A stretch of DNA of 64,000 nucleotides, taken from the NCBI GenBank assembly GCA_051313645.2, contig JBNRSN020000007.1, forward strand, positions 100,006,001 through 100,070,000. The letters run 5' to 3'. Source of the stretch: Centroscyllium fabricii. Lineage: Eukaryota. The notes under the pieces are model-generated. The model searched no databases. It saw only the letters and a list, made by a program, of their open reading frames with translations, and was not told where the DNA came from. Made by a program: the position numbers and the translations under genes. Below, piece by piece: positions 1-11,900 of the stretch. Numbering within the stretch: position 1 is the first letter of the stretch; every line of letters starts with the position of its first letter.

Positions 1-829
1 TTCCAGAAGGGCGGGAACCTGGCGGGGATTGGTTTGGACGGCTTCCTGTCCCGCCCACCCAAACAGCTGGGTAGCCCACGCAATTTTAGTTTAATTAGGT
101 TGTTAAATCCCCGTCGGCGGCAGCGGGAGGTAATTAGGTCAATCGAGTCGGGCTGCAGCAGAGCTGTGAGCACTTTGACAGTTCCAGCACTGGTTGTTGT
201 CAGTTACCATGGAAACACTCCACTGTGACATCACAGTGGAGTGGAGCCAATGGGAAAGGCCAAGTGCTGGTGACTGACAGGTGGGCGGGCGGGCTCCGAT
301 TCCCTCACAGCTCGCATCAGCTGTGAGGACATGGTGAGAACTGAGATTGCTCAGTTTCTGTTCACAGCTGATGCTGAAGCCAGAACGGAGGTACTTACTC
401 CTCTCAGGTGCTGGAGGCATGCCAAGCATTTGGCAGCATGTCCTTCACACCTTAAAGGAGAAAGTAATAAATTCAAGAAGTCACACACCAGGTTATAGTC
501 CAAAAGTAATAACCAGCGCTGTGCTCCCACTGGGTTTCACCCAGCAGGGTTTAACATGGCGGGGTTAGGGCGGAAAACAGGGCAAAATGGCTGAGGGCCC
601 TTAAAATGGCATTAAAGATGCCAATTAAGGGCCCTTAACGAGGTGACATCCCATCCCCGCTGGTCGGCGGCGGGAAGGTTTCGGGGCGGGGAATCTGGGC
701 GGGTGAAAATGAGAAAGCGGCGGGGATCCAGCGGTGGGTGGGGGGGGGGGGGGGGGGGGGGGCGGCTGAACCCGCCGGTTGCGCTATTTCCCAAAACCCC
801 GCCTCACGGGGACATGAAAATCCCCCCCA
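1..829. mobile_element. Harbinger-type non-autonomous element (left end outside window)
   Basis: GC-rich segment ending ...GAAAATCCCCCC, resembling the GGGC(T/C)-GA-TTTT-type termini of other 3-bp-TSD MITEs in the window; no intact ORF. Confidence 0.4.
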
Positions 830-1659
830 GTAACTCTGTTTCTCTCTCCACCGATGCTGCCTGGCCTGCTGAGTTTCTCCAGTGTTTTCTTTTGTTATCT
901 GGGTTATTGACATCCTGATTTTGAATTAATAGCTATCTGGGGTGGAGACATGGGTTAGACCTGTGAGAAGGGGAAGACTCACTGATTCATTGTAGCTCTT
1001 TGATGGGCAACTCTTTAGCTGGAAGCTTCTAAGTGTGAGCTTATCTCAGACTACCAGCGTTTAGCTCTTCAGCATGTCAGGTCAGCAGAGAGACTGGGAA
1101 ATTCCAATTATGAGGTAGGGTTTTCCACGCACCAAGTGAATAACTGCTTTCAATGTTTAGTTTTAAGTTGAGAGTTAGCTCTGGTGAAGCAGCTCTGTTT
1201 TTTTGATATATTGAGAAGTTTGTAAATTACTGTAAAGGCATTGTTTGTATTGAATACTGTTCATTTATCTGTTCTATGTTAAATAAATTGCCTCCTGGTT
1301 TACAGCCTAAGTCTCAGTCTGATTGAGTGTCTGTTCAATCTGCCTACCAAAGCTGCGGAGAATCAAATAGCAACACGTGTTACATTCCTGTAAACCGTAG
1401 TATAGTGATAGTGGTTCTCTGGTCAACCTCTATGTCTCACTATCATTTATCTAAATATTGGGCAGATAAATGTATGTTCTGGTTCATAGGGGACGTGTGG
1501 TTTGCTTACGGAAATAATCGGCGATGTTGAACCCGAGTAGAATATCGATCATAAACCCCCGCATCATATCACCCTCCTTTGTATGATTTATGAACAGAGC
1601 AAAATTCAAAGCAAATCCCTTCAGGATTGCTCTGCAGATATAGCCTTACCTATTTATCA

Positions 1660-2610
1660 CCACCTGCTTTCTACCGAGCCTACCTTAACTGCTGCTATGT
1701 TTTACCAAAATACATCACCTCACATTTGCTGCCATTGAATTCTATCTGCCATTTCTTAACCCATCTTATCAATATCCCTTTCTAGTTTCCTTTAGTCTTC
1801 TAAAGAATTAGCTATACCTCTTATTTTGATGTCATCTGAAAATTTTGAAACCATTTCCTCTCGATTTATATCCTAATCATTGATATAATGCCTACTCTCT
1901 GTTTTCTCATCAATTTTTAATCCAGTTTACTATCCCCACTAATTCCATACCCCTTAATCATCTCTAGAAATCTCCCATGTGGTATCTTGTCAAAGGCTTT
2001 CCTAAAGTCCTAAATGTATACAGGTTGAGCACTGGTAATCCGGCACCCGATGGTCCGGCAGCCTCAGTGGTCCGGCACGATTGGAAACCGGCGCTCTTCA
2101 TTTTGTGGAGCAGCCACTCGGTGGCGCCACCATTTCCCGGGAAGGTAGTGAGCGAGTGCCGAAGGCGTCGGGCGTTTGGGTTTCTGTTTTTTTAGGTTTT
2201 GTAGGTGTTCTATCCCTGGGCTCCCTCCCAGGGAGTGTTCTACCTGCGCGCTCCGGGCCCCGGGGAGTGTTCTACCGCACGCTCCCCCCGAACCTTCAGT
2301 GGTTCGGAATTTTCAGTGGTCCGGCATCGGCCTGGTCCCGAGGGTGCCGGATTACCGGTGCTCAACCTGTGCTACATTTCCCTCTTCTACCATGTCTATT
2401 ACATTGTCAAAGAATCGAATGAGGTTTGTGAAGCACAATCAACTCTTTTTAAATCTGTGTTGATTACTAATTATTTTCTCTTTATCCAGATACATGGTAA
2501 TTTCATCCTTAATTAAAGAATCTAAAGTTTCCCTACTAAAAATGTTCACTCAGATTCGCTCAGTCTTCCTTTTTAAAAATGGTAACCACAGTGGCCATTC
2601 TCCAGTTCTC
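1660..2610 (-). mobile_element. Old CR1 LINE RT fragment, interrupted by a MITE
   Basis: Reverse strand gives degenerate CR1 RT words (GACTTTAGGAAAGCCTTTGACAAG = DFRKAFDK); boundaries approximate. Confidence 0.6.
2021..2369. mobile_element. Tigger/pogo-like MITE
   Basis: TIRs CAGGTTGAGCAC(T/C)GGTAATCCGGCACC...GGTGCCGGATTACCGGTGCTCAACCTG; TA on the left, TG (mutated TA) on the right. Confidence 0.8.
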
Positions 2611-4135
2611 TGGCACACATTCAAAAGTTGGTATTAAATTTTAATTTGTGACAATTTCTTAAGTTCCTAAGATGTAATGAATTTATTCTAAACAAATATA
2701 AATATTTATATCCAAATATTGCAACAAGTATTGCATTTTTCCTGTAGCTGAAAATAGTTCTTTAATTTAGTTCTAGAATTGTGCAAAATGCTATAAAAGA
2801 TTCTGGCAGCGTTTAAGGGCTGTAATGGAAGACTTTCAGCAAAGTTAGGGAAAGATTTCAATCTGTGGTATTAGAGCTTCTCAATTAAAACAAATTCTTG
2901 CTGAATGTGAAGGATGCTGATGCTAGGAAATGAAACCCCTTTCCATTTTGGACATTTGAGGGCTGGATCTTCCCTCTCAAATCTGGCAGGGGAGCGGCAT
3001 AATGGGGGCAACGAAGCCCATCATCACTTCTCTGCCCTGGCCTGAATTTTCCATCCCCTACCCCTGTTGTGACGAGTTCTTACAGCAAGTTTACTGCCTG
3101 CTGCATGAAAAGACTGGCAGGGAGTCAGGACCTAGGTTCCCAGCAGATTTCCCTCTTGTCCACTCTTCTTACTGCCACTCCACAAGACCATGTGAGGAAA
3201 GGTGTCAGTAGTCCTCAAAATTCTTTCAATATACGAAGAGGGCCCAGTATAAGGCCTCTTCTCTCTCCTTTTCCATCCCAATTTATTACCTTTTTAGGCC
3301 TCAGTCTTGGCCAAGGCCTAAAATAAAACTTTTGACTTGAGGGCTCTTCTGCCCCTTTATGTTCCTTTGCTGTCTCTTTACCTCAAGTTCCTCATTGGCG
3401 ATAGTGCCAATTGTGCGGCATGCTTAAAAGTGGGTGATGAACCAAAGATATTATATCATTCCCTCTCATGTTGATAAAAGTAATGCAACTGGTTTTAAGC
3501 AGCTAAACCAGTCAATTAAAATGCTGACACTTGCTGTGACCCTCCACCCTGCAATCCTCCCAGCACATTAATGTCAATCGATGACCCAATTTGTGTCCTA
3601 AACAAGAGACAGATCTAATAGAATTTAATCCTCAGTCTAACCTTTTTGCTGTTTATGGACTTGCTCTTTTGAAGAAAGATTGAGGTTTGGATTAAAACTT
3701 CATCAGCGTATTTGAAAGCACACTTGACCATAGTTTTTAAGGAGAATTATGCAGGCCCAATTACACAAGCCCACTTAATAGTTTGGAGGAAGAACAGTAG
3801 TAGTGGAGGGAGGAAAGGCAGATGGGCTTGCATCTCAGCTGTCAGGCCCCATCACAGTCAGATAGAAATTATGTCACAGGCATAACCACTTGGGCATGTC
3901 TGAAGAGTCTGCTTTCACTGCCTACCCTTCAGCAGAGAGGCTATCGACTGTCACCAAGTTGTACCATCTACTGGAGCCTGCAGACTAGGTTCAGCGTTGG
4001 GACAGTCCTGCTGTTGCAGTGAAAGTCAGCGCACCTAAAACTTTTGTGCCATTACTGGTGACATTTGACAAATCACTCAGACATCCATACACAGATGCAT
4101 TAAGCAGGTCACCACGACCTTGTTTGCCAGGGGTA

Positions 4136-4737
4136 ACATAACAGGGAGGTTATGCTTGAACTGTAGAATACACTAGTTAGTCCACAGCTAGAGTGCTGTG
4201 TGCAGTTCTGGTCACCACATTATAGGAAAGATGGGATTGCACTAGAAAGGGTACAGAGGAGATTTACGAGGATGTTGCCAGGAGTAGAAAATTTTAGCTA
4301 TGAGGAAAGATTAGATAGGCTGGGTCTGTTTTCTTTGGAACAGAGGAGGCTGAAGGGAGACCTTATTGAGGTGTATAAAATTATGAGGGGCCTAGATAGA
4401 GTGGATAGAAAGTACCTATTTCCCTTAGCAGAGCGGTCAACAACCAGGGGGCACAGATTTAAAGTAATTGGTAGGAGGTTTAATGGTGATTAGAGGGGAA
4501 ATTTCTTCACCCAGAGAGTTGTGGGGGTCTGGAACTCACTGCCTGAAGGGGTGGTAGAGGCAGAAACCCTAACCACATTTAAAAAGTGCTTGGATGTGCA
4601 CTTGAAGTGCCATAACCTGCAGGGCTACGGAACAAGAGCTGGAAAGTGTGATTAGGCTGGGCAGCTCTTTGTCGGCCAGAGCGGACACAATGGGCCGAAA
4701 TGGCCTCTTTCCGTGCTGTAAATTTCTATGATTCTAA
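4136..4737 (+). mobile_element. CR1 LINE 3' fragment
   Basis: ORF 4200-4493 QFWSPHYRKD...LERVQRRFTRMLPG is the CR1 ORF2 C-terminus; tail TTCTATGATTCTA. Confidence 0.9.
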
Positions 4738-5035
4738 CACATGTTACTTTCCCTATGGAAAGGAGGGAAGAACTGAAGAGGGCCCAAAGTAGCTGTTTTC
4801 CTAAAAGCGCAGGGTCTCACTGATGGTGCCCATGAAGCCATCAAGACACCCAACAACAACTCATCGCTCCACTGTCAGGCCTGGAGGAAATCAAGATGTA
4901 AAAATTCAGCATCAACAAATGCTATAACCTGGGAATTAAACCAGTTCTTCATTCAGTAATACAATGACTATCAGTTACTTCACTGTCAGAAAGTACGTAA
5001 CAATAATTCAATTGTAAGTTTTTTAAAAATCCATA

Positions 5036-5041
5036 TTTATT
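5036..5041 (-). promoter_or_regulatory. Candidate polyadenylation signal of the host gene
   Basis: AATAAA on the minus strand about 750 nt past the stop codon, in AT-rich sequence. Confidence 0.3.
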
Positions 5042-5791
5042 TCAAAATGTTCATACAAGACAAAGTATAATAAATATTGCATCTCTTCATTTTTCCAATT
5101 TCTATTTGTTTTTTTAAATATACCACAGGTACAAAATCATCCAATGGTTACTTCCACTGAATATAGGGCAATGGATCCATACTGAAAAAGACAAAATTGG
5201 CCACACCCCCAGGGTGAATTAATCCCCATTGGGAGTTTACTCCAATGCATGTATGTGTAGTGTATCTATAATTTGTATTGCTTTAAATCAATAGTAGCTT
5301 TACTATTATCCACCAGGAATGATGAGCTAAGCTGGTATAGCAGCTCTTATGAGGACCTCAGTTACATCATTATATTACAGAAAGGGCCATTTGCTGCAAG
5401 AAAGTTGTATTATCGCCTGGAGTTTCTGGTCGATTGCGTTGGTTTTTTCGGCGCAATTCGGCCAAAATTGGCGTAACTGCCGCAAAAGATTGCAGAATTT
5501 TAAGAGTAATTTGCGTCAAGTTTCTGTGATCTTTTGGTGCTAGTTTTAAAAACATCGCACTGCCTCCCTTGTTCAACAGATTGTTCACGCTTGCTGTCTA
5601 GGCTCATTAAGAATGGTCACTTGGGTGAGGCACTGGAGAGCGTCAAGTGCTCTTAGTGGCTTCAGGAAAGGAGGGAAGAGAAAAAGGATCCTGGAAGGCG
5701 GCTGTTCAACAGGTATTGGAGTTTATAAAAGCATATTCAACTATAAACACAAATATGACTATTTACATATATCTTCAGTAATGTCTGTACA

Positions 5792-5956
5792 TTACAACTT
5801 TTGATCCTCTTCCTCTTTTGTGAAAGCAAGATTATCATAGTTATGTGTGGTCTGTGGCTGCCGAAGTGTGCTAACTTCTGAATGATCCTGGTTGAATCCA
5901 CCATTAGTATGGCCCTTTAGATGTTTCTTCTGCACTTCTTCAAACAACTTCAAGAC
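5792..5956 (-). CDS. Host gene exon 9 (last coding): VLKLFEEVQKKHLKGHTNGGF...NYDNLAFTKEEEDQKL*
   Basis: AG acceptor (gactgaag|GTC), phase 0 matching exon 8, 165 nt ending in TAA. Confidence 0.75.
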   Translation of the reverse strand, partial: VLKLFEEVQKKHLKGHTNGGFNQDHSEVSTLRQPQTTHNYDNLAFTKEEEDQKL

Positions 5957-6031
5957 CTTCAGTCAAAATGTAAATAGTTCATTAACAGGCAAATACTAAA
6001 CACTGTGTTTAGACTTCTAGGACTGAAGTGA

Positions 6032-6390
6032 TAGAAACATAGAAGATAGGAGCAGGAGTAGGCCATTCGGCCCTTCGAGCCTGCTCCGCCATTCAATGAG
6101 ATCATGGCTGATCTTTGGCTGAGATCATGGATGATCTGTCAAGTTCAGTACCCCGTCCCCGCCTTCTCTCCGTAACCCTTAATCCCTTTAGCCTGAAGAA
6201 ATATATCCAATTCCCTCTTAAATATATTTAATGAACTGGCCTCCACTGCCCTCTGTGGCAAGGAATTCCACAGGCTCACCACTCTCTGGGAGAAGAAATT
6301 CTTCCTCAAATCTGTCCTAAATGGTTTACCCCTTATCCTTAGACTGTGGCCCCTGGTTCTGGACTCCCCCACCATTGGAAACATTCTTTC
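6032..6390 (-). mobile_element. CR1 LINE 3' fragment
   Basis: ORF MFPMVGESRTRGHSLRIRGKPFRT...GYGEKAGTGY plus CR1 3' tail. Confidence 0.9.
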
Positions 6391-7852
6391 CTGTGTTGGT
6401 TAAGTGAGTAAATATGATACCATGCCCTACACCAGAGTTTGCTGGGTTTGATTCCTAGTTTCTGCTGAGTCAGATCTTCTCAGTTGGGGAGGGACATGGG
6501 CACTTGGGGATCACAACCAGCTTTAATGCCCCTGGCCTAGAAAGGAAACAAATATAGCCAGGGTTCTCACTCCCGACTGCTATTCAGTGAGGATGTGAGT
6601 AGGATTGGATTTGGTTGTGATGGCCTCCTTAGAAGTCTGCTGGCACTCCGGAATAGTCACTTGGGTGGACTATCAGTACCCATTGTACTGTACCCCAGCA
6701 ACAGAAAGGAGCTTCAGAAGAGGATGGGAAAAAAATTACCAATAATTATACTTTCAAGAATACCCGTGTTGTGAAGCCATTGTGCATGCTTGTTACCATT
6801 GCTGCATTGCAAACAAGGCACATTTAACAGTTGGGGCAATTCAATTGGTCTTGATCCTTGGGTTTCAGTTGGGCTGGGGGAGCAAGTGGTCCTGCTGAGC
6901 TTGTATCATTGTTCAATGGGGATTTCTCCTCATTTGGAAAAACAATTGCAGTTTTTTGGTTCAATAAATCAACTATGGCTTTGAAATTACACAACGAGTT
7001 TGATAATGTATGTGAGTGGGCAGAACAATGGTAGGTGAAATGTAATACAGACAAGAGTAAAGTACCCATACTGCAATCAGGAGAAAAAATGCACAACACA
7101 CATACTCCTTGAATCGTACTGAAATAGTTAAGGATGAAGGTGAAAGAGACCCAAGAGTCAGTGTCACATTATGTTCAGCCAATGCAAAGCATTAACCAGG
7201 ACAGCAATAGAATGTTGAACGATATAGCCAAATCAGTAGAGTAAAAGTCAAGGATCAATCTGAATAATGCTCTGGTTAGAAAACACCTGCATATTATGCC
7301 CAGTTCTGGAACAGTGAAACACAAGAGAGGAATTCAAACAATAGACACAGTGCAAAGAAGAACCACAGGACTGATCCTAGTTTCAAGAAAGTGAACTTTG
7401 GGGAACCACTGGAGAAAGCTCGTACTTTCCAACCTCAAAAGGAAGGCATCTGGGAAGTGACCTTATATCGGTACACAAGGCAGTAAATAGTATGGAACAA
7501 GTACATCTGGAGAATTACTTTAAACTAAATTATGAGAATAGGAAACAGATTCAATCTAGTCTAGTAAAAACAAATGTAGTACAGATATCTTGAAGTTCTT
7601 CACATTGAGCACTGGATATATGGAATCGAGTGGTGAGAATGAAAACCCTGACAGCATTTAAGTATCAATTGGATGATAAAACAGGCGAGTGGACTTTAGA
7701 GTCTTTCTGGATGTATAAACTAAGCTGAGTCAAATGGTCTTCCTTATTTGTAATTAATTTGTAAACCTTTAGACTTTCACTTTTAAAATGAGCCCCCATT
7801 GTAAGACAACCACTTTAAAGCTGCTTTCAGAACAAAATATGTTACATCAGAA

Positions 7853-8329
7853 GGGGAGGCAGTGGCGTAGTGGTTATGTCACTAGACTAGTAAGCCAGAC
7901 GCTCAGTCAAATGCTCTGAGGATATGGGTTCAAATCTCACCACGGCAGCTGGTGGAATTTAAATTCAATTCAATTTAATTCTGGAATTAAATGTTAGTCT
8001 TAGTAATGGCGACCATGATACCATTGTCGATTGTTGCAAAAACCCATCTGGTTCACTAATGTCCTTTAGGGAAGGAAATCTGCCGTCCTTACCTGGTCTG
8101 GCCTACATGTGACTCCAGGTTGACTCTTAATGCTCTCTGAAATGGCCCAGCAAGCCACTCAGTTGTAAACAACTGCTACGCAACATTGTGGGTGTACCTA
8201 CACCATATGGACTGCAGCGGTTCAAGAAGGTGGCTCACCACCATCTTCTCAAGGGCAACTAGGGATGGGCACTAAATGCAGGCCTAGCCAGCCAGCGACG
8301 CCCACATCCCAGCAACGAATAAAAAAAAA
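7853..8329 (+). mobile_element. tRNA-derived SINE
   Basis: A box TGGCGTAGTGG, B box GGTTCAAATC, A-rich tail GAATAAAAAAAAA. Confidence 0.75.
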
Positions 8330-8369
8330 GCAACAGGACATTATTCAAAGTATTAGTTATAAATCATAC

Positions 8370-8492
8370 CTGTGATTTAGGCACAAGACCAACTCTAAAG
8401 AAACCCAGTGTCCCCGTCTCTATCTTGGTACAGTCCACAACTGTAGAGGCAATATTCTCAGGTGAAGGCCCATCGCACAATACACCATCAAC
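8370..8492 (-). CDS. Host gene exon 8 (YrdC domain): VDGVLCDGPSPENIASTVVDCTKIETGTLGFFRVGLVPKSQ
   Basis: ag|GTT...CAG|gtatga, 123 nt, phase 0-0; YrdC STVVD and R-x-G motifs. Confidence 0.92.
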
Positions 8493-8593
8493 CTGTACCA
8501 GGGATAAACAATTTTCTATGAGTAAGTAGCTATAATTTTACACATTAGAAAAGTTTTTTACAAGTCAAAGAGTAAGTTGTAAACAAACACTAC

Positions 8594-8683
8594 CTTATCA
8601 CCAAGTTTGGCATAGACTTGATTGTGGTGAGTGGTGTCTGCTTCTCCTGTTGGGTTTGCTGATGTCACTGCTATAGGCCCCAC
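8594..8683 (-). CDS. Host gene exon 7 (YrdC domain): VGPIAVTSANPTGEADTTHHNQVYAKLGDK
   Basis: cag|GTG...AAG|gtagtg, 90 nt, phase 0-0; YrdC TSAN-x-(S/T)G motif. Confidence 0.92.
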
Positions 8684-8917
8684 CTGCACTTGTACAGAAA
8701 GAGATTAGTTAGCACATCAGACGAAGGCAGCCCTATGCTCAATCCCTGTTCTGTGCTCATTTCAACCAAGGAGACAGTAAGGGCTCAATAATGAACTTCG
8801 GCCCCCAGGCAAGTGAGGGGAAAATCAGCAATGGTTCTTACTCATGATCATGACTTCTGCTGAAAAGTGCGGAGGCTGCACGAGGCCTGTATCAGGCCCA
8901 GATGAAGTTCATGCTCC

Positions 8918-11900
8918 TGTAACCGTCAATAACGTCTTCGGAGTCGAATAGTTGGTTATAATAATCAGGCTTTTATTAACTTCGTTGGAGATACACAACC
9001 GAGCTGACTGTCCCCAGAATGGCGCGGGGGATGGGGACAGTCCTTTATGTACCTCCTCCGGCGGGGGAGGAGTCATGGGCGGTGCCAGGTATCATACAGG
9101 TGTTACATGGTATTACAGTGCTATACAGGTGTTACATGGTATTACAGTGATATACAGTTTATCACATTCACCCCTTCTTTAAAAACTAAAGTACGGTGGG
9201 GTGAACAACTCGCGGGGGGGTACAAAAAGGGAAAAGAAAAACAACTAATTACACTGTGCTAAATAACGAAATATATACAATTAACGTTCTTTTGACTATA
9301 TGTTCAGTCTTTCAGGCGGTTTCGTCGTCCGCGCTGATCTTCGTAGCGCTGGTGGTGCCTGTGGTGTTCGTTGTCGTTGAGTGGCTCGCCGTGCTGGCAG
9401 TGCCTGTGGTGTTCGTTGTCGTGGGGTGGCTGGTTGCGTCGTTTGTTCCTTTTCTGCTGGTTGGCCGGTGGTGGTTATGTCACTTCCGGGTGGCGGTGAT
9501 GCCCTTATTTCGACAGCAGGGGGCGCGCTCTCTCTTTCGTCCTCTGGCTCTGGGGGGAGCGCATTGTGGATCCAGGCTTGGGGCTGGGTCGTGCTGCGCG
9601 CAGGTGCCTTGTGGACATACTGGGGTACTGGGCCCACGTGGCGGAGCTCGTACTTCGGCTTCGGTGGCTCGGGGGGGGTCACTGGGGGTTTTGGGAGCTC
9701 GGGCTGCCTGGCTGGGCTGGTTTTGGGGATCCCTGCTGGGGCTAGGTCCTTTATGGACACGGTGTCCTCCCTCCCGTTGGGGTACGCTATGTACGCGTAC
9801 TGGGGATTGGCGTGCAGGAGGTGGACCCGTTCGACTAGGGGGTCTGCTTTGTGTCCCCTCACATGCTTCCGCAGCAGAACCGGTCCCGGAGATAGCAGCC
9901 ACGATGGTAGCGAGGTCCCGGAAGCTGACTTCCTGGGGAAGGCAAAAAGTCTTTCGTGAGGGGTGGTGTTAGTGGCAGTACACAATAGGGACCGGATAGA
10001 GTGGAGTGCTTCAGGGAGAACGTCCTGCCATCGGGTGACTGGGAGGTCTTTTGACTTTAGGGCTAACTGGATGGCCTTCCAAACCGTGGTGTTCTCTCTC
10101 TCTACCTGCCCGTTCCCCCGGGGGTTGTAGCTGGTGGTCCTGCTGGTTGCAATACCTTTCGCCAGCAGGTACTGACGCAGCTCGTCGCTCATAAAAGAGG
10201 CCCCCCGGTCACTGTGGATATAGTTCGGGTACCCGAACAGGGAGAAGATGCTACTGAGGGCTTTGATAACAGTGGCGGAGGTCATGTCCTGGCAGGGGAT
10301 GGCGAAAGGGAAACGGGAGTACTCATCTATAACGTTGAGGAAATAGACGTTCCTGTTGGCTGAGGGAAGGGGCCCTTTAAAATCGACACTGAGTCGTTCA
10401 AAGGGGCGAGTGGCCTTGATTAGGTGCGCCCGGTCTGGCCGGTAGAAGTGCGGCTTGCACTCCGCGCAGACCTGGCAGTTGCTAGTCATGGTCTTGACTT
10501 CTTCGATGGAGTAGGGGAGGTTGCGGGACTTCACGAAGTGAACCAACCTAGTGACCCCCGGGTGGCAGAGGTCGTTGTGAAGGGTTTGGAGACGGTCAGC
10601 CTGTGCGCTGGCACAGGTACCGCGGGATAGGGCATCTGGGGGTTCGTTAAATTTCCCGGGCCGATACAAAATATCATAATTGAACGCTGATAGTTCAATT
10701 CTCCACCTTAATATTTTGTCGTTCTTAATCTTACCCCGCTCTTTGTTGTTGAACATAAAAGCGACTGAGCGTTGGTCAGTCAACAGGGTAAAACGCTTTC
10801 CGGCCAGGTAGTGCTTCCAGTGCCGCACTGCTTCAACAATTGCTTGGGCCTCCTTTTCGATTGAGGAATGGCGGGTTTCTGGGCCTTGGAGGGTACGTGA
10901 AAAGAAGGCCACGGGTCTGCCCGCCTGGTTAAGGGTGGCGGCCAGTGCAAAGTCAGATGCATCACTTTCCACTTGGAATGGGACGGACTCATCCACAGCG
11001 TGCATCGTGGCTTTGGCTATGTCCTTTTTTATTCCGCAGAATGCCGAGTTGGCTTCTGCAGAAAGTGGGAAAGAGGTTGATTTTAATAGTGGGCGAGCTT
11101 TGTCCGCATAATTGGGGACCCACTGGGCATAATAAGCAAAAAATCCCAAAATCCGTTTAAGAGATTTGGGGGAGTGGGGGAGGGGAAGCTCCATGAGGGG
11201 GCGCATGCGGTCCGGGTCTGGACCGATGACTCCATTTTCCACCACGTTGCCGAGGATGGCGAGGCGACCGGTGTTAAACACACATTTCTCCTTATTATAC
11301 GTGAGGTTCAGGGTTTTGGCGGTGTGGAGAAATTTTTGGAGATTGGCGTCATGGTCCTGCTGGTCATGGCCGCAGATGGTCACATTATCGAGGTACGGGA
11401 AGGTCGCTCGCAGCCTGTACCGATCGACCATTCGGTCCATCTCCCTTTGGAAGACCGAGACCCCGTTCGTGACTCCGAACGGCACCCTAAGGAAGTGGTA
11501 GAGGCGGCCGTCAGCCTCGAAAGCAGTATAGAGACGGTCCTGTGAGCGGATGGGGAGCTGGTGATAAGCAGATTTTAAATCGATGGTTGAGAACACTTTA
11601 AATTGGGCGATTTGGTTTACCATGTCCGCTATCCGGGGGAGGGGGTAGGCATCTAGTTGGGTGAACCGGTTTATGGTCTGGCTGTAATCCACTACCATCC
11701 TATTCTTTTCCCCGGTTTTCACCACGACTACCTGTGCTCTCCAGGGGCTGTTGCTAGCCTCTATGACCCCTTCTTTTAGGAGGCGCTGCACCTCAGATTT
11801 TATAAATGCCCTGTCCCCAGCACTGTAGCGCCTACTCTTGGTGGCGACGGGCTTACAGTCTGGGGTGAGGTTAGCAAAAAGGGATGGAGGGGTAACCTTA

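Noticed and set aside
7853-7950. tRNA genes at SINE heads (also near 21640-21703 and 61927-61990)
   Set aside because: A and B boxes continue into SINE bodies and no full cloverleaf is evident
9256-9972. Hydrophobic antisense ORF in element A (env-like?)
   Set aside because: Mirror of the Pro/Gln/Thr-rich integrase tail; non-ATG start and shortened in the second copy
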